Source: Bacteriovoracaceae bacterium (GTDB lineage: Bacteria; Bdellovibrionota; Bacteriovoracia; Bacteriovoracales; Bacteriovoracaceae). Taken from it: a stretch of 64,000 nucleotides of DNA. Shown one piece after another: positions 49,605-58,526 of the stretch. The position numbers and the translations under genes were made by a program. Below the pieces are notes generated by a model. That model did not search any database. It worked only from the letters and a program-made list of their open reading frames with translations, and was not told where the DNA came from. Every line of letters starts with the position of its first letter. Positions within the stretch are counted from its first letter, which is position 1. Location of the stretch: the NCBI GenBank assembly GCA_048270185.1, contig JBLWTJ010000002.1, positions 128,001 through 192,000 on the forward strand, given 5' to 3'.

Positions 49605-49684
49605 AAAAAGGCCTAAATCCCGATGGGAAGAAGGCCTATTCTTTTAAAATACTTGTAATTTAAATTAGACGAAATTCAAAAGAA

Positions 49685-50137
49685 TTACTCTCCAATAATA
49701 CGAGTCATTACTTTAAGAGTTTCTGGAGATAGAGATGACTCATATCTAGACCAGATTTCTTTTGCTTCACTAACAGAAGTATCTCTATCGATTTGAGAAA
49801 CAACTTCTTCAGCAATTAAGTTTGCTTCAGCAATTTCAGAGTTGTAAATTTCAATTTCTTGATCAGTTACACCTTCCATGCTTCCGTAAACTGGACCAAA
49901 TTCTGCAAGACCAGTGTCATCAAGAAGAATTAGTCCTGCTAGACCAATTTTTGCTGCTTTAACCCAGTCTTTTTGCTCACCAGTAAAGATAGCCTTCACT
50001 GAGTAACCAACACCAACTTTCATAGCAATAAGTCCTGTGTAAGCAATGTAGCAGTTACCAGTAAGCATACCAAGTGCTGCAGATGCGTTGAACGATAGAC
50101 CAGATGCTAGAACTAAACTAAGAATAATCTTTTTCAT
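49685..50137 (-). CDS. secreted hypothetical protein
   Basis: GGAGG RBS, MKKIIL...NASA signal peptide. Confidence 0.75.
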   Translation of the reverse strand: MKKIILSLVLASGLSFNASAALGMLTGNCYIAYTGLIAMKVGVGYSVKAIFTGEQKDWVKAAKIGLAGLILLDDTGLAEFGPVYGSMEGVTDQEIEIYNSEIAEANLIAEEVVSQIDRDTSVSEAKEIWSRYESSLSPETLKVMTRIIGE

Positions 50138-50317
50138 TTTTTCCTCCATGTTTTTTTGGTTGTAAATAACTCTATCGACTTCATCTCAATTGCAAAACTT
50201 AAATAAAGGTAATTTGTCGAGGACCGTTTAACTTAAAAATCACGGCGTATTTTTAGAAACGATATACTCGGTTAATATCTATCCTATTGTTTTTCCATAG
50301 ATTGGGCCTTTGAAAGT

Positions 50318-50344
50318 TAAGTTTTAAGTAGAGAAATCCGACAA
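50318..50344 (+). promoter_or_regulatory. candidate sigma28 promoter
   Basis: TAAG-N15-TCCGACAA upstream of 50381. Confidence 0.55.
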
Positions 50345-50380
50345 GCTATCTAGGATATTAATAAAAAGAGAGACATTTCT

Positions 50381-51661
50381 ATGAGTGAAAATAAAAAGCA
50401 AAGTATTGTTGCACTTGCATGTGTACTAAGTGTGAATGCCTTTGTTGGATATCAGTTTTTTTCAACAGCTAAATTCGACAAAGTTTGGACAAAAGAGAAA
50501 GTTCATCAACTACGATCTCCAGCATCACAAAAGGTTCCAGGCGAATACAAAGAATATGAAGCTCTCTACCCTATTGAAGATTATGTAATCTATAATGACT
50601 TTGAAGGTAATGTTGATTATAAGATGTCTGTCGACTTCTGGTCAGATAAAGGAATTAGCTACTTTACTAAAAACGGTAAGGAAGCAATTGAAAAAGGGCT
50701 CACAGAAGGCTTTAAGCAACTTATAAAAAAAGGGGCCGATGAAGAAACAACACTTAAGAGCACTGTTCTACCAGAAGTCTTGAAAGAGTTTTTAAATACA
50801 TTTGTTTATACAATTAAAGTACACAAACTCATAGATTCAAACTTTGAATTAGATATCCAATTTACTCCTTACAACAAAGACAGTGTTTCATATCAAGACG
50901 AGCTTCAAACAAATCAGCTTATCAATCTTGAATCACAAGGAAGTCTCTACCAAGCCTACGAAGACCACGATAAGAATTTTGTAAACAAAGTCATGGGTGC
51001 ACAGATACCTGTTTCAAATGAGCACTATCAATATATTGGAGGAGCAATCACACTTGCTTCTGAACTTATCGATACAAACTGGAAAGTGACACAACCTATT
51101 CCAAAACCAAAGAAAAATGGAATTAAAGGCTATCTACGACTTAGAAAATACTATCGAGTGAACTACCCAACTGATTTAAAGATCGACTCGTTTAATTCAA
51201 AGACATTGAATATTACTTCACAAGAATTTAACGCAAAGAATGAAGCGCCACAAGTTGTCACAGTGGATACAATCTATGAATACAACCTTGCTAGCTTAAT
51301 ACCAAAGAAAACAAAGACAGTCGTACATTTTGGAAAAGTTGTTTCTCTCGACAAGAAACACGACAATCTACTTAAAAGATTCTTTAATCTACTTAAAAAG
51401 AAGAACGATATTAAGACATCAGAGTTCACTTTCAAAGGTGACTTCTCAAATGGACCTATTCGTTCAAACTTCACAGGTAAACTCTATAACCTAGTTTATG
51501 ATCACGAAAAGAAGAATTTCTCTAGTAAGAGCCATGTTTCATTATTTCCAAGAGATCATGACATGAGAAGAAACCTTAGCAAGCATTTTAAAAAGACAAT
51601 GTTTGAAGAAAGTCCAGACTTCTTAATCGAAAACCTTAAGCTAAACGAAATTATTAAATAA
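50381..51661 (+). CDS. membrane-anchored/secreted hypothetical protein
   Basis: N-terminal hydrophobic segment followed by RSPAS; long ORF. Confidence 0.75.
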   Translation: MSENKKQSIVALACVLSVNAFVGYQFFSTAKFDKVWTKEKVHQLRSPASQKVPGEYKEYEALYPIEDYVIYNDFEGNVDYKMSVDFWSDKGISYFTKNGKEAIEKGLTEGFKQLIKKGADEETTLKSTVLPEVLKEFLNTFVYTIKVHKLIDSNFELDIQFTPYNKDSVSYQDELQTNQLINLESQGSLYQAYEDHDKNFVNKVMGAQIPVSNEHYQYIGGAITLASELIDTNWKVTQPIPKPKKNGIKGYLRLRKYYRVNYPTDLKIDSFNSKTLNITSQEFNAKNEAPQVVTVDTIYEYNLASLIPKKTKTVVHFGKVVSLDKKHDNLLKRFFNLLKKKNDIKTSEFTFKGDFSNGPIRSNFTGKLYNLVYDHEKKNFSSKSHVSLFPRDHDMRRNLSKHFKKTMFEESPDFLIENLKLNEIIK

Positions 51662-51673
51662 TTGGATCATAAT

Positions 51674-53806
51674 ATGAAAAAGCTATTTATTAGTACAATA
51701 CTGACAACAATGACTCTAAACACTCTTGCTGGAAACTTCAGTATAAAAGACCGTATCGACTCTCAAAAATTATTTTTAGAAACTTACGACTCACTATACG
51801 GAAAAAAAGAGTATGCACATCCTGAATCATTCTTTAAAGAGATTAAAGAATTAAAAGCAGGGAAAGAAAATAAGGTCGAAAAATTTCTAAAAGAGATTGA
51901 TCAAGTGCTTCCTGCAAAAGTGGCCATGCCTGTGACTTACTGGTCACAAGTAAAACCAGATCAAATTGAGCTAAGAAAGGTAATTAATTACTTTCTAGCT
52001 TATAAACTATTCATCCTCAGAGATTATATTGATAATCCACTAACAGATAAAAAGGATAAAGAAGCTGCAAGCAAGCTATTAGAGAAGCTAACTAGAAAAG
52101 GTATTAATTCAAATAATATTTCTTCTTTTTTTGGAGCGCTAAAACTTAAAGCTTACAAAATTGCCGATAGCAAAGATATTATTGATGCCCTAAAAGAAGA
52201 GGAAATTGTGACAACAGACTTTAATGAAGTCTTTGAAGATATCAACAACTACTCTCTTTCAGCTCTAGGCTTTGTTCCTTCAAATAAGACAGAAATCGTA
52301 TCAGAGAATGAAATCTCTCTTGAGAGAATTGATTGGCTTAACCAAAGAGTTATCTTTGCAGGTGGAAAGCTAGACTTTAATTCTGAATATATCAAGATGC
52401 CAACACCATCTGATCCAACAGGGAATATTATCTTCCAACAAGACCCTATCTATATCAAGATCCGAGATATGATTGCAAGCTCTCGTGAATCGATTTTTAT
52501 TGATATCTTCCTCTTTGGAGGAACACTAGGAGCTACTCTCTCAGAGTATCTACTTGACCAAACAAAGGAAAAATTAAAAAGTAATCCAAACTTTAAAGTC
52601 GTACTTCTTCACGATTATGCGACAAATTACAATATGCTTGATGAGATGATGCCAATTTTTGAATATATTCAAAAACGTATTGCAAACGATAAAGAACTTA
52701 AAAATAGTGTCTCTCTCCTACAGGCAAATATTCAACGCCACCCTCCGGGGATTCCATTTGGTATTACAAAACTAATTCCAAAGACGAAAGAAGCGATCCA
52801 ATATTTTGAATCAGGTAGTACATATTTTGAATCTAAAATTGACCACTCAAAAGTCATTGTGGTTGATGGAAACACTGAAAATGCACAAGCCTATTTTGGT
52901 TCTAAGAACTGGACTGATCACAGTGGTGGTTATTACTACGACGATGCCATTTATGTAACAGGAGCTGCTGCGGCCCTTGTCCAAGCTTCATACTACCGAG
53001 ACCTTGAAGCAGCTTTAACAGAAGATCCACAAGAACTTATTGGGTTCTACTATAAAGAAAAAGGTCTTGATAACCGCTCTTATCTTGCAAAGAAAGATGA
53101 AATTCTAAAGAGTATGGAAATTACAAAAGATAAATATCTAGTCAAAGGTGAATCAGTTATTCGTCTTGCTGAAGCTGACGTTGATGGAACAATTAAAAAC
53201 GTACGTAATATCTTAGTTGATATGATCTCAAAAGCAGATAAGAATATTTATATGGAGCAATTATTCCTCTATGACTCTTATGTCGTTGATGCTCTTATTA
53301 AGGCCAAGAGACAAAACCCTCTTCTAGAGATCAAGCTTGTTGTAGACCACAACGGAAACTTTGGAATGAATGGCCTACCAAATACCCTATTTATTCAAAG
53401 ACTTGTTGATGCTGGAATTGAAGTACGTGCACGTAAGACTTATGGTATTACAGCAAACTTTCCTGATGGATCGACAAAAGAGTATCATCAGGAAAACCAC
53501 AGAAAGATTACTTCAGTCGATGGAATTACAGTTCTTGGAGGATCTTCAAATATCAATCCAGATACTCTCCAGGGTTCATTTAGAGAGTTCGGTGCCCAAA
53601 TCTTTGATAAGGCCGAAGTAGCAAGTTTCGAGCAACGCTTTAAAAGAGATTGGAATGATTCGGAAAAGATGGAAATCCTAGATATCGAAAATTTTGAGGC
53701 CAATGTACAAGGTATCAAATTTGGTAAGCGCTCTTCGGCAATTATCAATGGAATTGGAAGTATGGTCTATAAGTCAAAAGACTCTATTGAAAAACGTCAT
53801 AAATAA
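51674..53806 (+). CDS. secreted phospholipase D superfamily protein
   Basis: Signal peptide MKKLFIS; two HKD motifs, HSKVIVVD..GSKN and HRKITSVD..GSSN. Confidence 0.9.
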   Translation: MKKLFISTILTTMTLNTLAGNFSIKDRIDSQKLFLETYDSLYGKKEYAHPESFFKEIKELKAGKENKVEKFLKEIDQVLPAKVAMPVTYWSQVKPDQIELRKVINYFLAYKLFILRDYIDNPLTDKKDKEAASKLLEKLTRKGINSNNISSFFGALKLKAYKIADSKDIIDALKEEEIVTTDFNEVFEDINNYSLSALGFVPSNKTEIVSENEISLERIDWLNQRVIFAGGKLDFNSEYIKMPTPSDPTGNIIFQQDPIYIKIRDMIASSRESIFIDIFLFGGTLGATLSEYLLDQTKEKLKSNPNFKVVLLHDYATNYNMLDEMMPIFEYIQKRIANDKELKNSVSLLQANIQRHPPGIPFGITKLIPKTKEAIQYFESGSTYFESKIDHSKVIVVDGNTENAQAYFGSKNWTDHSGGYYYDDAIYVTGAAAALVQASYYRDLEAALTEDPQELIGFYYKEKGLDNRSYLAKKDEILKSMEITKDKYLVKGESVIRLAEADVDGTIKNVRNILVDMISKADKNIYMEQLFLYDSYVVDALIKAKRQNPLLEIKLVVDHNGNFGMNGLPNTLFIQRLVDAGIEVRARKTYGITANFPDGSTKEYHQENHRKITSVDGITVLGGSSNINPDTLQGSFREFGAQIFDKAEVASFEQRFKRDWNDSEKMEILDIENFEANVQGIKFGKRSSAIINGIGSMVYKSKDSIEKRHK

Positions 53807-53830
53807 ATAGAAGAATCTGATCGGTTGCTG

Positions 53831-54910
53831 TTATCCGCAGCAACCGCTTTTCCCACTTTCTTTAAATTTCTTAAGTAATTTTGGACCTTCAACAACTATA
53901 AGAGATCTTACAAGTAGTAATGAAAAGATCACAGCTAAACCAATTTCCCATGGACTTGAAGTCTCATGTGTGTGGTGAGCAACGTTGAAATTTAAAGGCC
54001 ATGCAAAGTACTGATAGAGATAATCTGTAAGGAAAGAAAATCCAAGTGCCACTGCTGCAATTGAAATTATATTAATCACAACACCACGCTTACCGATATA
54101 CTTACTAATAACTAAAATATTTGAAATATTAGTCGCAGGTCCTACTAGTAAAAATAGAAGCGCCATACCTGGACTCATACCTTTCATAACAAGAGAAGCT
54201 GCAATTGGTGTCGTTGCCGATGCACAAATATAAAGTGGAATCCCAACAAGAAGAATTGCTCCTCTTCCGGCCCAACCACTTAGACCATCAAAGAAGTTTG
54301 CAGGCAGAGCAAAGTCAATAAAGGCTCCCGCTAAAATTCCAAAAGCAAGCCAGATGGCCATATCATCAATCAGTTCAATAAATGCAAAGTGAGTTGAAGC
54401 CTTAAGTTTTTTTGCAAAACTTTCTTTCACAATTACTGTTTCATCTTTCTTCTTTGAACTTCCACAACAACTTGGCTTCACTTCAGGAGTTTCAAGCTTT
54501 ACGTCGCGATCTGTTTTAAAGATTAATTGCAATGTTCCAGCAAAGATGGCCGAGAAGAAAGCGGCCACAGGTCTTATGATTGTCATTGGAAGGTCCATCA
54601 TTCCATAAGTCATGGCAATGGAATCAACGCCTGACTCTGGTGTTGAAATAAGAAAGGCAGATGTAGCCGAATTAGAGGCTCCCTGCTTCTTTAACGTTGC
54701 CGCTGTTGGAATGACAGCACAGCTACATAGTGGAAGTGGGATACCTAGGACAGAAGCTTTTACTGCTCCCCATAATCCTTTACCACCCATGGCCTTCTTA
54801 ATTCTGTCGACAGAAATAAATGCCTTAATCACGCCGGCCACAAAGAGTCCAAACATGAGAAATGGTGCTGATACTAAAATATAATTCCAAAGTGACGTTA
54901 AAAAGCTCAT
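53831..54910 (-). CDS. DUF318/SO_0444-type permease (putative metal efflux)
   Basis: GIPLPLCSCAVIP, FLISTPESGVDS, GIPLYICASATTP, GPATN; CC motifs. Confidence 0.88.
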   Translation of the reverse strand: MSFLTSLWNYILVSAPFLMFGLFVAGVIKAFISVDRIKKAMGGKGLWGAVKASVLGIPLPLCSCAVIPTAATLKKQGASNSATSAFLISTPESGVDSIAMTYGMMDLPMTIIRPVAAFFSAIFAGTLQLIFKTDRDVKLETPEVKPSCCGSSKKKDETVIVKESFAKKLKASTHFAFIELIDDMAIWLAFGILAGAFIDFALPANFFDGLSGWAGRGAILLVGIPLYICASATTPIAASLVMKGMSPGMALLFLLVGPATNISNILVISKYIGKRGVVINIISIAAVALGFSFLTDYLYQYFAWPLNFNVAHHTHETSSPWEIGLAVIFSLLLVRSLIVVEGPKLLKKFKESGKSGCCG

Positions 54911-55046
54911 TTTTTATACCTTTTCCTATGGCCAAATATTACCAGAGAAATGGCGACAAGTCTCATTTGATGGGTAAATGGCCCTAATCACTAGACAATT
55001 TTTATGTATGGAGCAAAAAAAGATGAACATTTTTTATATTTTTCTA

Positions 55047-55075
55047 TTGACGAATGAAACCGAAATACCTATATT
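55047..55075 (+). promoter_or_regulatory. sigma70 promoter of tRNA-Asp
   Basis: TTGACG-N17-TATATT with an AT-rich UP element. Confidence 0.8.
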
Positions 55076-55091
55076 AATTCTTACGAAATGA

Positions 55092-55168
55092 GGGGGCGTA
55101 GTTAAGTTGGTTATAACGTCTGCCTGTCACGCAGAAGGCCGAGGGTTCGAGTCCCTTCGCTCCCGCCA
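55092..55168 (+). tRNA. tRNA-Asp (GTC)
   Basis: Acceptor GGGGGCG/CGCTCCC, anticodon arm TCTGC-CTGTCAC-GCAGA, T arm GAGGG-TTCGAGT-CCCTT, encoded CCA. Confidence 0.98.
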
Positions 55169-55223
55169 TTTTTTTTCATTTCGTACCCATTCAAGTTTTA
55201 AACTCTTCGGAGTCTAAGATATT

Positions 55224-55255
55224 AAAGCCGAGTTAACCCACTCGGCTTTTTTTTT
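55224..55255 (+). terminator. intrinsic terminator after tRNA-Asp
   Basis: AAAGCCGAGT-TAACCC-ACTCGGCTTT plus T run. Confidence 0.9.
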
Positions 55256-55453
55256 GTTTGCGGCCATCTGCAGGAGCAGATGACGCAATTCAACCCAGAA
55301 GCGACCACGATGGGAGCTTTCGGGTAACCAACTAAGCAATCTCAATTACATTTTTATAACACTGACTCTTTTTCCCAAGGAGGGTTCCCCGCAAAATTTC
55401 CAATCTATATTTATAAGTCACTGCAAGGCCCAAAAGTCTCGACGTACTACAGA

Positions 55454-56065
55454 TTATACAAATAAAAATTCAAACTGAGTAAACTCGTCATGCGGAAGCA
55501 TGGACTTTAGATATGCCTTGTAATGTTCTTTGTGGGAGTTCATATCACTAATCATGTAATAGAATTTTTCACGGAAGTCCTTGTCCTTAAGGCGCCCCTT
55601 CCATAGATCAGTTTGTAATGATAACTCTATTCGGCTAAAGAAAGTCCTTTGCATAAGTAATAAGTTTTCGTCACTAAAGAACATATGGCCATGCTCAAGA
55701 TCGTGAACAAAGAAATCGAGTGAGTTTCTTCGATGTAAAACGGGGTTATCTGTCGAGTGATAAATCATGGTTACAGGTCTAATCCCCTTAGCCTGATAGG
55801 CCAATACCTCATAAGGAGTAAAGATTTTTTCAGAAAGAACTAAGTTCCACTTTCCTGCAACCCAATTTTTGAGGCAATTAATGGCCTTACCTTTTATCTT
55901 CTTGAATTGATATTTCAGAAGAATTTCTTCATATGGTACCTGACCGATTAGCTGTGCTAGTCGTTGATCATGAAAGTCGATAGCGAAACGATTAATAAAA
56001 TAAATCATCGCCATCTGTGAATCAGCTACTTCTTTTTTTTTCCAAGATCTATAAGTTTCATCCAT
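55454..56065 (-). CDS. hypothetical protein
   Basis: 203-aa ORF; FVHDLEHGH and SDMNSH His/Asp clusters. Confidence 0.7.
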   Translation of the reverse strand: MDETYRSWKKKEVADSQMAMIYFINRFAIDFHDQRLAQLIGQVPYEEILLKYQFKKIKGKAINCLKNWVAGKWNLVLSEKIFTPYEVLAYQAKGIRPVTMIYHSTDNPVLHRRNSLDFFVHDLEHGHMFFSDENLLLMQRTFFSRIELSLQTDLWKGRLKDKDFREKFYYMISDMNSHKEHYKAYLKSMLPHDEFTQFEFLFV

Positions 56066-56208
56066 ACTATAAATGTACTTTCAAATCTCAGAAACTCAAA
56101 ACTATTTCTTATCACTTTGAAGACGGCCAATAAAACGGAAAAACTGCATTAAATCTCGATACAAAGTCTTATAGACAGATTATAATTATTGAAAATTTTG
56201 AGGACGAA

Positions 56209-56748
56209 ATGAACTTTGAACAAATCATTCAAGTAAATGATAATATAACGCTAGAGCTATTTAACTTAGGTCATAAAAATACCTTCTTCGAAGCGATTCA
56301 TGAGCTTACTGAAGAAGACAGTTTTAGATGTGACTTACAAAGTAGATTTTCTAACTTGGGAAAAGTTCACAATATGCTTGATGACGCAATCAACAGAAAG
56401 CTGAAAAATGGAGGGTCTCCTGATTACTTCATATTCTACAAAGGAAGTCTGGCCGGTATGTTTGAATTTCATCCTCTTACAGAAGAAGACCATGTCGAAA
56501 TGGGCTATTGGTTGTTTGCCAAGTACCGCAGGAAGAAAATCCTATCGACGATAATTCCACGCATGATCACTTTTACAAAAGAAAATTTTAATAAGTCTAA
56601 AATTTTGGCGACAACTTCTACAGATAATATCGCCTCACAAAGGCTTCTCGAAAACATGAATTTTACAGCAACAGGAAGAATTCTTGAATTTACTAATTCC
56701 CGTACAGGAGAAATTAGTGAAGAATATGAATACTTCTATTACTTATAA
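56209..56748 (+). CDS. GNAT acetyltransferase (RimJ/RimL type)
   Basis: EMGYWL..KYRRKKI, DNIASQRLLENMNF. Confidence 0.85.
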   Translation: MNFEQIIQVNDNITLELFNLGHKNTFFEAIHELTEEDSFRCDLQSRFSNLGKVHNMLDDAINRKLKNGGSPDYFIFYKGSLAGMFEFHPLTEEDHVEMGYWLFAKYRRKKILSTIIPRMITFTKENFNKSKILATTSTDNIASQRLLENMNFTATGRILEFTNSRTGEISEEYEYFYYL

Positions 56749-57903
56749 AGTACTTAATTGATTGATAAGCTGTAATGCAAAATCATATGCATCACGCCCT
56801 TCTGATACCTTAACATCAGGAGCAATTCCAACAGACTCTATAAACCGATCATCTCTATAGCTATTATATGTTGAAGGTATATTTAACTGTATTGTACTTT
56901 TAGGAAGCACTACAAATCCAAGGTTTCCAAAATGAACTTGCCCTGCTGAGTTTTCTCCTATTTTAGTAACACCTTCAATGTGCTCAAAGAAGTCTATTGT
57001 ACTCTCACATGAGGATGCACAAGCACGGTCTTGTAAAATAACTACAGGCTTAAGGGCCTTTGCCTTTATAATTGGTGATAATTCTTTATTAATTACAACT
57101 GTTTTCTCTTTTGAGTTTCTATATTTCAATTTATCTTCTTCAATAATTTTTAAAAAGTAATTCTTCTCATTTTCTGATTTTGAATTATATGAAAAGAATG
57201 AGAAAAGATTGGCACGACTATCTAGGCCAGGATTTGTTACGACCTTATACTGATGTCCATATGGTGTAGAGAATTGTCTTTGTCCTGTTAAGACCCTTGC
57301 TAGTTGGTACCCTACAGAATCATCTCCTCCACCATTTCCTCTTAGATCAACAATAACAAAGTCTACTTCAATCAAACGTGCTTTAATTTGCTCAAGCATT
57401 CCACTCCATTCCTTAGAAGAAGGTGACGCGAACCAAGAAATTGAAATAATAAGGATTTTATTCCCCTTAGAATCAACCTCTCTGAGAACCCACAACTTAT
57501 TTTCCTCAGCAAATTTTCTCTTTCCCACTTTTCCAACAAAGATTTTCCTTTCACATTTCTTAGGTCCAAATTGAAAAATCAGATGTTCATCTTTAACATG
57601 AGAAAATGACTTTCCCAATAACCTACAAAATTCTCCAGGCTTTATCGATTCAATTTTGGCCAAATACCTTTTAAGATTTTTTATGCCAACTTCAACATCT
57701 TTTTTATTTTTATAAAAATATCCTGAATATGACTTTTTGAGTGCAAACTCAACAAACCTAACGTCGCTATCGACTTCTTCTTTACTCATAGAGATGGGAG
57801 GCTTAATTGCTTTGGACGGATCATAAACTAAAGAATACGTCTCTTTGTCTGCAAGAGAACACGACATGAGAATAAAAAACAAAGAAGTTAGAAATAAGTT
57901 CAA
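56743..57903 (-). CDS. S41 family peptidase lipoprotein
   Basis: Lipobox LMSC; VDLRGNGGG, CASSCE, IGENSAG, ESVGIAPDV. Confidence 0.88.
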   Translation of the reverse strand: MNLFLTSLFFILMSCSLADKETYSLVYDPSKAIKPPISMSKEEVDSDVRFVEFALKKSYSGYFYKNKKDVEVGIKNLKRYLAKIESIKPGEFCRLLGKSFSHVKDEHLIFQFGPKKCERKIFVGKVGKRKFAEENKLWVLREVDSKGNKILIISISWFASPSSKEWSGMLEQIKARLIEVDFVIVDLRGNGGGDDSVGYQLARVLTGQRQFSTPYGHQYKVVTNPGLDSRANLFSFFSYNSKSENEKNYFLKIIEEDKLKYRNSKEKTVVINKELSPIIKAKALKPVVILQDRACASSCESTIDFFEHIEGVTKIGENSAGQVHFGNLGFVVLPKSTIQLNIPSTYNSYRDDRFIESVGIAPDVKVSEGRDAYDFALQLINQLSTL

Positions 57904-58015
57904 GATAGTTACCTGTTTTTAAATGATAAATATTAGATTAATTATACCACAACTAAAAATTTCAGAATCGGGCGACTTCCCTTTCGCGACTTTCAATAGC
58001 TTTAATCAATTGAGC

Positions 58016-58453
58016 TTAAGTGATCTCCAAGATTATCGTTTTACTAAAGTATTGCAATTGCCAGCTTTGAGTTGCTTTTGCCTGTTTTGATGTAGGATTA
58101 TCCCAAGCAGGATAAACTCTAAAACCTCTTTTTCCATTAGATCTTTTCGATCTTATATGGCCCTTTTCAGCTAACACTTCTTTGGGAAAGAGGAAGTGTC
58201 CAATTTGCTCTTGTGTTTCACATATGATGACGACATAATCAAATCGATCACTAATCTCTAGCGGACATGTCTCCCCTTTCGGGTTTCTCTTCCACAATGT
58301 AACAAATTGTCCGACTTTCTGAGGTGTGGTCTTGGCTTCTCTTTGAATAATCGACAAGCTCCCTAATTGATAGGAGCAGCCATTATATTCTTTAGCCTCT
58401 GGGTTATAAACGAGGTACTTAGCACTGGCTTCATTTAACTCTTTAAGGTTCAT
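58016..58453 (-). CDS. MepB family protein
   Basis: AKTTPQKVGQFVTLWKR, GKRGFRVYPAW, QAKATQSWQL. Confidence 0.85.
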   Translation of the reverse strand: MNLKELNEASAKYLVYNPEAKEYNGCSYQLGSLSIIQREAKTTPQKVGQFVTLWKRNPKGETCPLEISDRFDYVVIICETQEQIGHFLFPKEVLAEKGHIRSKRSNGKRGFRVYPAWDNPTSKQAKATQSWQLQYFSKTIILEIT

Positions 58454-58526
58454 TTAATGCTATTATCCTTTTCTATGAAGATACTAATATATTAAACCTT
58501 AAAATAAGTAATCTCGCTAATCTAAA

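Noticed and set aside
55021..55040. ArsR/SmtB-like operator for the metal permease (ATGAACATTTTTTAT)
   Set aside because: Poor symmetry; better explained as the AT-rich UP element of the tRNA promoter
57971..57995. GCGACTT direct repeat upstream of the S41 peptidase
   Set aside because: Short, with a 14-bp period that fits no regulator spacing I can support
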